From positions 2,144,001 through 2,208,000 of the forward strand of contig OZ250172.1 of NCBI GenBank assembly GCA_965237905.1: 64,000 nt of DNA, given 5' to 3'. Of this stretch, positions 50,567-59,311 are shown one piece after another (within the stretch, counting starts at the first letter, position 1; every line of letters begins with the position of its first letter). The stretch comes from Nitrospinaceae bacterium. Its GTDB lineage: Bacteria; Nitrospinota; Nitrospinia; Nitrospinales; Nitrospinaceae. The translations under genes were made by a program, and so were the position numbers. Under the pieces are notes generated by a model. The model ran no database searches and was not told the origin of the DNA. It saw only the letters and a program-made list of their open reading frames with translations.

Positions 50567-51154
50567 ATGAGAAGGCGGATATCCCGGTGGTTGCTGCTTC
50601 CAATTGCGGGCGGCTTGTTATCGGGATGTGTGGGGGCGATGCCCAAGCCGGCGGAATTTTTTAAATTGACTCCGCAAAGTACCCAGCACCGGGCTCTGCA
50701 GACCCGTATGTTTGAGACGTCCAATGAAAAGGAACTGCTGTCCGCCTCGGCCGCCGTCCTGCAGGACCTGGGTTTCCAGGTCGAGGAGAGTTCGACGGAA
50801 GTGGGCATGCTGCGTGCCGCCAAGGAACGGGGTGCCCGGGAATACGGACAGGAAATAATGCAAAGTCTCATTTTTATACTGAGTATTTTTGGCCAAAGAG
50901 CCGTTATTGTACCGGTGGATGTGCATCAACAGATCAATGCCACCCTGGTGACCCGCCGGTCGGAGACTGATTCATCCCGTTACTCGGTTCGAATCCTTTT
51001 TCATCGATCGATTTGGAAGGGGGATGGCAATACCGGCGACCAGCATATTCCGCCCGGACAACAAAGCCTGGAAATGATCGTCGACGCTAAAATCTATCAG
51101 CAGTTTTTCGCAAAACTGTCCAAGAGCGTATTTCTCGAAGCTCATAAAATCTGA
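50567..51154 (+). CDS. Lipoprotein of unknown function, paralog 1
   Basis: Lipobox LSGC; RALQTRMFE, LQDLGF, YQQFF. Confidence 0.8.
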   Translation: MRRRISRWLLLPIAGGLLSGCVGAMPKPAEFFKLTPQSTQHRALQTRMFETSNEKELLSASAAVLQDLGFQVEESSTEVGMLRAAKERGAREYGQEIMQSLIFILSIFGQRAVIVPVDVHQQINATLVTRRSETDSSRYSVRILFHRSIWKGDGNTGDQHIPPGQQSLEMIVDAKIYQQFFAKLSKSVFLEAHKI

Positions 51155-51160
51155 GGGAGG

Positions 51161-51598
51161 ATGAATGTGAACGCCCGAATTAGTTTATTCGCATTAGGTT
51201 TGGCTTTTCTTTTACAGGCTTGTGTGGGAGGGCCTCAAAAAGCACCGAAAGAGTTACTGGCTCTCAACGAGGCCCAGATGAAAATACGGAGCTTTCAGAC
51301 CCGGGCCTTTGATGTCAAAGATCAGAACAAAGTTTTGAGAGGTGTGGTGGCTTCCTTGCAGGATCTGGGATTCATCGTCGAACGGGCCAACGGCCCCATG
51401 GGATTGGTTACTGCGGGAAAGTTCGGACCCAATGGCCGTGGATTTGTGGAATTAACCGTTGTCGTACGGGCCAAGGGGAAAGAGCAGACCGAGGTTCGGG
51501 TCAACGCCCTGTTCAATACCAAGCCCATTGAAGATCCGAAAATTTACCAAAACTTTTTCATTGCAGTGGAACGTTCCTTGTTTATTACACGAGGATAA
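51161..51598 (+). CDS. Lipoprotein of unknown function, paralog 2
   Basis: SD GGGAGG; lipobox LQAC; RSFQTRAFD, LQDLGF, YQNFF. Confidence 0.8.
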   Translation: MNVNARISLFALGLAFLLQACVGGPQKAPKELLALNEAQMKIRSFQTRAFDVKDQNKVLRGVVASLQDLGFIVERANGPMGLVTAGKFGPNGRGFVELTVVVRAKGKEQTEVRVNALFNTKPIEDPKIYQNFFIAVERSLFITRG

Positions 51599-51628
51599 GA
51601 CGGACCTATAAGACACTGCCGGAGAAAA

Positions 51629-52204
51629 ATGAAACTCTCGTTATTATCTAAAAAACCTTTCGGTCGTTTTGCCTTGGTACTGCTCGTGAGTCTGATGTTC
51701 CAGGGATGCGCCATGCAATGGGGGGCGGAAATCCAATGGAGTTCCCGAAGCCAGATCCTGATGTCGGAAGACAGCCAGGTCAAACTGCGGGCTATCCAGA
51801 GCCGGGTGTTCGATACCACGGATCGAGCCAAAATTTTACGAGTTGCCGTGGCGACCATGCAGGACCTCTTTTTTGATATCGATGTGCTGGATGAGGAACT
51901 GGGGGTTGTATCGGGTAAAAAATGGTTCAATCATGGGAGCTCCTGGGCGGACCATCCAACGTATTACCTGTATAAAACCGATGAATTGATCATATTCAAT
52001 ACCAACTTTAGAAGCTGGGGACCGTTTAATTATCGAAATGACCTGACCCGCATGACGATAACCGTGCGCCCCAAGGAAAAGACCCGGTCATTAGTGCGGG
52101 TTAGTGTGCAATACAATATCAGAGCCGTCGAGGACCCCGAGATGTATCAGAAGTTTTTCAAAACTCTCGGTCAATCCATGTTTCTTGCTGCAAAAATGGA
52201 GTGA
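51629..52204 (+). CDS. Lipoprotein of unknown function, paralog 3
   Basis: Lipobox FQGC; RAIQSRVFD, MQDLFF, YQKFF. Confidence 0.8.
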   Translation: MKLSLLSKKPFGRFALVLLVSLMFQGCAMQWGAEIQWSSRSQILMSEDSQVKLRAIQSRVFDTTDRAKILRVAVATMQDLFFDIDVLDEELGVVSGKKWFNHGSSWADHPTYYLYKTDELIIFNTNFRSWGPFNYRNDLTRMTITVRPKEKTRSLVRVSVQYNIRAVEDPEMYQKFFKTLGQSMFLAAKME

Positions 52205-52454
52205 GCTAGTAGCCTTCTCCATCCTTCTACCTTCCCTTGAAATCCTTGTTGGCTACGGAATTACCCATCCACTCATCTTTGCTTCAATTTTAATATTCTG
52301 TAAAACATTCAATTTAAAACCGGTCGTGCCCCACGAAGCGGGAACCCAGTGATCGGTTGCTTTTTGGGTGGATTCGGGTTAAAACAAAATAGCCTACACT
52401 GCCGGTGGGTGACTCTGGCCACCGGATGAATCCCACCTCTTAAGGAATTCATAT

Positions 52455-52862
52455 ATGCCATTCAAAAAAGCAATCCGGTTCTGTGGAGTGTATCTGTTGG
52501 CGGCGATCATGCTCTGGGTGCCCACCATTGCCCAGGCAGAAATGCTGAGTACCCAGAAAACGCTCCAATCCTTAAGCAATAATGCTGAAAAACGAGAGTG
52601 GCTCACCGCCATGGTCCGCCGCAAGGAGGTGCAGGTACAACTGCAGGAATACGGCGTGTCCAGAACCGAATCGATGAACCGTGTCAACAGTATGACCGAT
52701 GATGAAGTGGCCTCCATGATTGATCAAATCGAAGAGTACGTCGCCGCGGGGGATCCACTCTGGAGAGCTTCTGGAGAGAGTGACGCGGGTTATATTTTCA
52801 CTATTATTATAGCTTTACTCGTCATGGGTTGTCTGGCGGCTTGTTGGCTCCTCTTTATCTGA
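52455..52862 (+). CDS. PA2779-family protein
   Basis: Signal peptide AQA|EML; V..QL..YGV....RV.SMTD.EV; hydrophobic C-terminus; upstream of a C39-type peptidase. Confidence 0.8.
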   Translation: MPFKKAIRFCGVYLLAAIMLWVPTIAQAEMLSTQKTLQSLSNNAEKREWLTAMVRRKEVQVQLQEYGVSRTESMNRVNSMTDDEVASMIDQIEEYVAAGDPLWRASGESDAGYIFTIIIALLVMGCLAACWLLFI

Positions 52863-52871
52863 GTAATCCTT

Positions 52872-53825
52872 ATGAAAAAGCGGGTGGCATCGAACCTTCG
52901 GCTTTTGATTTGGACCGGGCTGGCCTGCCTGGTGTGGGCGGGGTGCGCCACCGCTCCGCCGAGAGTGGAGTTGCCCGCCTCCCTCGACATTCCCCGTAAC
53001 ATTGAATTAACGGAAGTTCCGTTCTACCCCCAAGGTGAATATCAGTGCGGTCCCGCATCCCTTGCCATGACGTTGGAATGGTCCGGCGTGGAGATTACTC
53101 CCGATCAACTGAAACCGGAAGTGTATACCCCCAGCCGCCAGGGAAGCCTGCCTCCGGATATGATCGGTGCGGCTCGCCGTCATGGCCGTGTCGCGTACCC
53201 GGTTCATCGCATTGAGGATATATTAAAGGAAGTGGCTGGTGGCCATCCCGTCATTGTGTTGCAACGGTTGAGGTCTTTTTTCCAGGCCAGTTGGCACTAT
53301 GCAGTGGTCATCGGTTACGACCTGGATCAACGCGAAATTATTCTTCACTCCGGTGTGGAAGCAAGAGAGGTTCTACCTATCGATGAATTTGCGAATACCT
53401 GGCAACCTTGGGGGCATTGGGGACTGCTCACCCTTTCTTCGCAGAAGTTTCCCGTAACGGCGAGGGAAGAGGTTTATCTCAAAGCCGTTATAGGATTGGA
53501 GCAGACCGAACGCTGGACCGAAGCCCGGCAGGCCTATGCCCAGGCAGCTGACCGCTGGCCGCACAACGAGACGGCCTGGATAGGTCTCGGCAATAGCCGC
53601 TATGCGCTGAAAAATCTAGCAGGGGCCGAGCAGGCGTTTCGTTCCGCCGTTGATGCGGCTCCCCAGTCGGGTGCGGCCTACAACAACCTGGCGCACGTTC
53701 TCATGGAGTTGGACCGTCAGGGGGAGGCCTTGGAAGTCATCAACCAAGCGATCCAATTGGGGGGTCCGCTGGCCGAGGTCTTCCAGAAAACCCGCACCGA
53801 AATCCAACAGCGGATAGGCAGTTGA
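52872..53825 (+). CDS. PA2778-family C39-like cysteine peptidase lipoprotein with TPRs
   Basis: Lipobox WAGC; VPFYPQ..YQCGPASLA, WHYAVVIGYD, LHSG; TPRs (AYNNLA). Confidence 0.88.
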   Translation: MKKRVASNLRLLIWTGLACLVWAGCATAPPRVELPASLDIPRNIELTEVPFYPQGEYQCGPASLAMTLEWSGVEITPDQLKPEVYTPSRQGSLPPDMIGAARRHGRVAYPVHRIEDILKEVAGGHPVIVLQRLRSFFQASWHYAVVIGYDLDQREIILHSGVEAREVLPIDEFANTWQPWGHWGLLTLSSQKFPVTAREEVYLKAVIGLEQTERWTEARQAYAQAADRWPHNETAWIGLGNSRYALKNLAGAEQAFRSAVDAAPQSGAAYNNLAHVLMELDRQGEALEVINQAIQLGGPLAEVFQKTRTEIQQRIGS

Positions 53826-53955
53826 TCTTTAGGGAATTCACCCTGATTTTTAAAGAATTTGACCGGTTCCACCCGATTTTCCCCCTCTCCCTTTCCTCTT
53901 GTCCTGCCTCTTTAAATTTGACACTATAAAGACACCACTTGAACTTCGAGGTCCT

Positions 53956-55278
53956 ATGCGCGGTTTCCGTTTAGTATCCATTTTATGGCTCCTTCCCGTG
54001 CTTCTTCTTCTCTCAAAACCGGCTGGGGCCGCCAACGTGTTCAACGCTCTGTCCTTGTCAAAAATGGAACTGGAGCAACGCTACGGTATCGCCAATCTCG
54101 AATGCTTTCCTTTCCTTATTAATATAGGTTCCAACTCCGACGAAGCGGAACGGGTTCGGCAATGCCAGGTCGGGGTGATGATGTTGGCTTCCGCTTTAAA
54201 GGAAGTCCCGAATGCCGGTCTGCGCACCGTGGGGATCAGCACCCGGTTCCTGCGCAGTGGCGGTTTTCATACTCTGCTGGTGCCGTGGAACTCTACGCAA
54301 GAGGACATGATTCGGGTTTTGCGTGATACGCCTTCCGTGGAGGAACAGAAACAATTTATCGCCAGGGTCCATCAACTGAAAAAACAGATTCAGTCCGGTT
54401 TGCACATCCGCGAACTGTATTGCACCTTCAAGATATCCAATGAACAGTGCCTGCAGGGTTATCAAACGCTGGCACAAGTGGAGCCGGACCGCAGAATGAG
54501 CCGCATGTCCTGGGCGGCGGTTGCCGTCACCGATACGCATCTGCCGGAAAAAGATCGTACCGTGTTGACCCTGAAATTCGACGATGCGCCGGAGACGATA
54601 ACCCAAAGGATGACGCACAATCCCGCCGCCGAGGAGTGGAAGCGTCAGAAAAAGATTTACACGGAAATTAAGAAACATTACGGCCAGGGGTTTAAGGCTC
54701 TGCAGTTGCCTAATTTTTTCTGCGACAACAGTTTGGTTCAAGAGGAATGTCTCGAGGGAGCGAAAAATTTTCATGAAGCGGCGAAGGATCCGGGTTTGCA
54801 GAAAAAACTATGGGGCACGGTGACGGTCCACAAATACAACACGCTTATTAAAAGCGATCATAATGACGTGTTCCGGTACGATCTCACTCCTGTGGAAATC
54901 ATACGGATGTTTTCCAAAAAACCCGATCAGTCCCAAATTCAGATCAGTGTCACCCTTGCCGAAAAACTGGAGAAGCGGACCAAGAACAATTCCACCGGCC
55001 TGCGCGCCGTGTGTGACCTGGAAGGTTTGCACTCTGCCGATTGCGCTCAAGGGTTTAAGAATTTCATCGCGTTTGTCCGGAAGCATCGCAAATATCGCGC
55101 GGAGCGTCCATTAAACAATATCATGTTCATCGAAGGCACCCAACTCGGCCGGGTGAACTTCGCGCTCAATTCCAAGGTGCGCCACACCTATCTCTATGTC
55201 GACGTCCACAGCTCCCCGCAAGAAATGACAGAGTACCTGTTCCGCTTCGGTCTCTCCCGATCCGACCCGGTGCGTTAG
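53956..55278 (+). CDS. Secreted hypothetical protein with four Cys-pair repeats
   Basis: Signal peptide; four C-x(n)-C-x-x-G units about 100 aa apart. Confidence 0.75.
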   Translation: MRGFRLVSILWLLPVLLLLSKPAGAANVFNALSLSKMELEQRYGIANLECFPFLINIGSNSDEAERVRQCQVGVMMLASALKEVPNAGLRTVGISTRFLRSGGFHTLLVPWNSTQEDMIRVLRDTPSVEEQKQFIARVHQLKKQIQSGLHIRELYCTFKISNEQCLQGYQTLAQVEPDRRMSRMSWAAVAVTDTHLPEKDRTVLTLKFDDAPETITQRMTHNPAAEEWKRQKKIYTEIKKHYGQGFKALQLPNFFCDNSLVQEECLEGAKNFHEAAKDPGLQKKLWGTVTVHKYNTLIKSDHNDVFRYDLTPVEIIRMFSKKPDQSQIQISVTLAEKLEKRTKNNSTGLRAVCDLEGLHSADCAQGFKNFIAFVRKHRKYRAERPLNNIMFIEGTQLGRVNFALNSKVRHTYLYVDVHSSPQEMTEYLFRFGLSRSDPVR

Positions 55279-55328
55279 CACATCATTTCGTTATTGTGGA
55301 TTGCAAAATCAGGAAGGTTGTAGATTCG

Positions 55329-55774
55329 TCAGTTTTCGCGGGCGGCGTTGGGGAGGAGCGGATGCCGGGTGTTGTAATCCGGTCGCGTCAGCACGACTTG
55401 TTTGCCGGTGTTCATACGGGGATGAATGACCAGCGGCGCGAGCAGGTTGCCCGTCATCCGGCGGTATCTTCCGGCACGGTCACGATGACGCGGATTTGAA
55501 ACTCCTCATCTTCGCCCAGACCAATGGCACGCCGGTCTTCTGCCGTCAGCGTCACTTCGTAGTCCGGCACAAAAGGAGCGGGATCGGTGACGACGAACGC
55601 CAGCTCCGGCGTGGTGAGCGACTGGAGCCACTCTAGGGGCGAGTCGATAGTGGCATCGAACGGGAGCAGGGCGAATTGCGTTTCCTGCTCGAATCCGTAC
55701 AGTCCGTCGGGACAATTCAGGATTTCATTGTCCGTCACTTCAAATTCGCCGAAACGGGTGGATTGGTATTTCAT
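55329..55774 (-). pseudogene. fliW: Flagellar assembly factor FliW, frameshifted near 55466 (real or sequencing error)
   Basis: STRFG, GLYGFE, WLQS, LAFVVTDP; the C-terminal MTGNLLAPLVI..GKQVVL lies in a shifted frame. Confidence 0.85.
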
Positions 55775-56010
55775 GATTGCAACTGGTCCTTGGCCCATCG
55801 GCCCACCTGGGAAGGATCAAATTTTCCGGCGGAAGCGGCCTGCCGGTTTTCCTCCAGAATTTTAACCAGCACTTCCTGCCGGTACACCTTGATGTCGTCG
55901 GGTGCTTCGATGCCCAGGCGCACGGTTTTCCCTTTCACCTCAAGCACGGTGATGCGAATGTTTTCGTTGATGGCGAGGCTTTCGCCGATTTTTCGGGTGA
56001 GCACCAGCAT
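55771..56010 (-). CDS. csrA: Carbon storage regulator CsrA
   Basis: MLVLTRKIGESLAI...VRLGIEAP..IKVYRQE; C-terminal extension EENRQA typical of FliW-paired CsrA; ATGA overlap with fliW. Confidence 0.96.
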   Translation of the reverse strand: MLVLTRKIGESLAINENIRITVLEVKGKTVRLGIEAPDDIKVYRQEVLVKILEENRQAASAGKFDPSQVGRWAKDQLQS

Positions 56011-56059
56011 GGTTGTGGCCGTCGGTGAGAGGTGGGTACGAACAAGCGTTGTCTTGGGA

Positions 56060-56068
56060 ATTATATCA
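56060..56068 (-). promoter_or_regulatory. Extended -10 promoter for csrA-fliW (TGATATAAT)
   Basis: TGnTATAAT on the minus strand about 50 nt upstream of the csrA ATG. Confidence 0.5.
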
Positions 56069-56113
56069 AAAAAATCAAGGATTTCAGGTGAAATGCGGTC
56101 CGGGGGAATCCAA

Positions 56114-56142
56114 TTGACAGGGTAGGGCCTTTGTGCTAATTT
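56114..56142 (+). promoter_or_regulatory. Sigma70 promoter for tRNA-Phe
   Basis: TTGACA-17-TAATTT with TG extension. Confidence 0.55.
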
Positions 56143-56188
56143 CGCTAACTTCGCTTGCATCAAGTCGAATATCAGCCAGAAACAATAA

Positions 56189-56264
56189 GCCGGGGTAGCT
56201 CAGTCGGTAGAGCAGGGGACTGAAAATCCCCGTGTCGGCGGTTCGATTCCGTCCCCCGGCACCA
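56189..56264 (+). tRNA. tRNA-Phe (GAA)
   Basis: 76-nt cloverleaf GCCGGGG...CCCCGGC-ACCA; anticodon loop CTGAAAA; GTTCGATTC. Confidence 0.98.
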
Positions 56265-56500
56265 TTTCCTACCCAAACGCAACATGTCCACCCACTCCCT
56301 CTGAGTCTTTCCGTCAGGATTTGTTTTTGAGTTGTCACAGCAGAGGCCGCACGGTACTTCCGTACGTTCTTCGTTTTATTCCGGTCTTTCATTGCTTCCC
56401 GCGAAGCGACGTCCTGCCCGACTAAAAATTCCCGACACTTGTCTCCCTTGGATATCCTAGCAGCGAAGTAAAATGGGTCCGCCGGCTCAATTTTTTCCTT
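56265..56500 (-). ncRNA. Candidate CsrB/RsmZ-like GGA-rich small RNA (ends unknown)
   Basis: 13 GGA on the minus strand versus 2 on the plus strand; near csrA; several GGAs in small hairpins. Confidence 0.4.
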
Positions 56501-56623
56501 TGAAAATAGCCCCATTAGAGCGGTTTTGGGGAAGGGGGCACCCTTTTGAAAATTACACATTATAATAAATAGTAAATGTAATTAAATATATCGTTCACCT
56601 TCATTCGTCAGGATACATTGATT

Positions 56624-58104
56624 ATGAGGAGCCTACGGCAATTGCCAAAATCCGTTTTGACCGCTTATGTAATGGCGGCCCTGTTGTTTGTCCTGCCTGC
56701 CACGGCCGGGGCCGAATCGTTTAATGATGCGTTGGAAGCTTATAGCAAGAAAGACTATAAAACGGCTTTTAAGATATACAAGAGTTTAGCCGAGCAGGGC
56801 AATCCCCGCGCACAGAATAATCTCGGCAACATGTACGATGTCGGCATGGGGATTGAGCAGGATTTGAACCAGGCCGCACAGTGGTATCAAAAAGCCGCCG
56901 AGCAGGATCACCAAATCGCCCAGTACAACCTCGGCAACATGTACGATGTCGGCCAGGGCATCCCGCAGAATTATGATGAAGCGAAGAAGTGGTACACCCG
57001 TGCCGCGGAGAAGGGATACCCAAAGGCTCAGCACTACCTCGGCGTCATGTACAGCCGGGGCAAGGGCGTCCGCCCGGACCCTGGAGAAGCTGTCGAGTGG
57101 TACCAAAAGGCCGCCGAACAGGGATACGACAAGGCACAGTTTGACCTGGGATACATGTACAAGGTGGGCGAGGGTGTTTCCAAGGATCCGATCCAGGCCG
57201 CAAAATGGTTTCTCAGGGCCGCCGAGCAGGGTCACGCCAAGGCCCAGTTCAAGCTGGGCAATATGTACGACACTGGTGAGGGCGTCACAAAGAATTTGGA
57301 AGAAGCCGCCAAGTGGTATAAAAAAGCCGCCGAGCAGGGCCTGCCGCGCGCGCAGTTCAACATTGGCAATATGCACGATTTTGGCCAGGGCGTCGGGCAG
57401 GATCACAAGCAGGCCGTCGAGTGGTACGCTAAAGCCGCCGAACAGGGGCATGCCAGCGCGCAGAACAGTCTCGGTCATATGTACGACAGAGGGCAAGGCA
57501 TTTCGAAAGATATGAAGATGGCCGTCAAGTGGTACTCCAAAGCCGCCGATCAGGGACACAAACTGGCGCAGTACAACCTCGCCACCATGTACTTTTATGG
57601 TCAGGGAACCGATCAAAACTATGCCATGGCCATGAGCTGGCACTTGAAGGCCCCGGAGAGGGCCATACCTCATCGCAGAACGTGCTCGGGTTGATGTTCG
57701 ATCAGGGCAAAGGCGTCACCAAGAATCTGCCCGCCGCCGCCCAGTGGTATCAGAAAGCCGCCGAGGGCGGGCTGGCGCTGGCGCAGTACAACCTCGCCAG
57801 CATGTATCAACTCGGAGAAGGGGTCACGCAGGATTACGTAAAGGCCGGCGAGTGGTATCAGAAAGCCGCCGACCAGGGCTATGGCCTGGCGCAAGTCTCA
57901 CTCGGCACCTTGTATCACCAGGGGAAAGGCGTCGCGCAGGATTTAGTGAAGGCGCACATGTGGTACAGCCTCGCGGCCACGCAATTGGAAGACGGCAAAC
58001 AGAAGGACCGCGCCGTTAAGAATCGCGAGAGCGTCACCAAACACATGAACCCCGCGCAAGTGGTTGAAGCCCAGCAACTCGCCAGCACCTGGAAAGCGAA
58101 ATAA
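56624..58104 (+). CDS. Exported Sel1-repeat protein with a 1-nt frameshift at about 57652
   Basis: ORFs 56618-57694 and 57529-58104 join into continuous Sel1 repeats; C-terminal AHMWYSLAA...M.PAQV.EAQQLA. Confidence 0.88.
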
Positions 58105-58545
58105 AAAGCCCCTCTAAATAACTCCCCCTTCTTGAAGGGGGCCGGGGGGGGATTTAGGTTGGGGTGATTTGCTCCCTCTTTGTGAAGAGGGCGGGGGGTG
58201 ATTTTAAGGGCCGGGCCGGCGAATCGCCGGTGATAATTTTCTCCACCACTTGCCGTTTATCCCTCCCCTGCCCGAGAGGAGGCCAGGAGGGGTGGGAGCA
58301 AATGCCATCCTAAGCTTGCCGGGAACACAGATGAACACCGATAATATCTGAACCTCCCCCCTCACGGGGAGAGGATTAAGGTGAGGGGTGGTTAAAGTTC
58401 TCTCTTTTTAAAACTTGTCCTGAGCCTTTCGAAGGGGACACCGATAAGAACATCCCCCTCTAACTCCCACGCCCTCTTTTCTGAAGAGGGATGGGGGGTT
58501 TTAGGGTAAGGTTTTCTCCCCCTTCACAAAGGGGGAGGTTATAAA
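58105..58545. repeat. Cluster of REP-like GC palindromes
   Basis: CCCCCTT-N4-AAGGGGG, CCCTCTT-N4-AAGAGGG, CTCCCCCTT-N3-AAGGGGGAG-like hairpins, a 26-bp copy of 10240-10265, CTTGTCCTGAGC..TCGAAGG and ACACAGATGAACAC motifs. Confidence 0.8.
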
Positions 58546-58562
58546 GCGATGTTGCGTATTTT

Positions 58563-58886
58563 TTATTTGAAGGCGCGGGGGAGTCGGGTGTTTTCGTTGA
58601 CTTTGGCGGTGGAGAGTTGCTGCAGGGTCAGGCCCTTGACGGTGCTGAGATCGGTATTGCGGAAATCGGCACCGGTGACGTCCGCTTGGGTGAAGTCGGC
58701 GCCGTTGAGTGCGGCGCGCAATAGTTTGACGTCGACCATACTGGCGTGACTCAAATTGGCTTCGCAGAGGTTGGCTTCGCAGAGGTTGGCCCCGCCCAGT
58801 TTTTGCCGGGTCAGGTTGGCACGGGCCAGGTTTCTCTTATTCATCTCGGCCAGCCGACGATCGGATTGTTGTTTCTCTTTTAACAT
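58563..58886 (-). CDS. Pentapeptide-repeat protein
   Basis: ANLxx/ADFxx repeats; exact 15-bp tandem duplication (ANLCE twice); C-terminal T.LP. Confidence 0.8.
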   Translation of the reverse strand: MLKEKQQSDRRLAEMNKRNLARANLTRQKLGGANLCEANLCEANLSHASMVDVKLLRAALNGADFTQADVTGADFRNTDLSTVKGLTLQQLSTAKVNENTRLPRAFK

Positions 58887-59311
58887 TAGCTTTCCCCAGC
58901 CCCCTCGGGTTCCCTGTCTGTTCGATTGATCGAGCTTCCTAGCCTACCTGATAAAGGAAGCTGTCCATATAGGATAAGCCATATCTCTCTGAGTGTATAT
59001 GGCAAATCGGAACTAGTTTTTTTAATATTCCGAAGCTTTGTAGAGGGGGATCGAGGAGGAGTTTTACATCTTACTGTATCCAAATGAGTTATTGGTTAGC
59101 TAGCGGACGCAGGGGCGACTGGGGGCTATAGCTGGGCCATTATCAACAACATGCCCGCACACCCGTGAACAATCTGCTTTTAATTTGGCTGAGAGGGATT
59201 ATACTTTTTATACATGGAAATAGGGAACTTGGACAAGCCTTTGATTTTAAACTATGTCCCGAGCCCCGGGGCCGTTTTGGGCGGCTCAGGAAATTGCAAC
59301 CGGCCCTCTTG

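Noticed and set aside
55440..55480. Programmed ribosomal frameshift in fliW
   Set aside because: No slippery heptamer or stimulatory element; a simple 1-nt deletion explains it
56084..56560. 158-aa minus-strand ORF
   Set aside because: Runs antisense through the tRNA, has no recognisable motif and no clear SD
58105..58545. CRISPR array
   Set aside because: No identical repeats at a regular period with unique spacers, and no cas genes in the window
58886..59083. 65-aa ORF coupled (TAATG) to the pentapeptide gene
   Set aside because: Non-ATG start, no clear SD and no recognisable motif; cannot be supported
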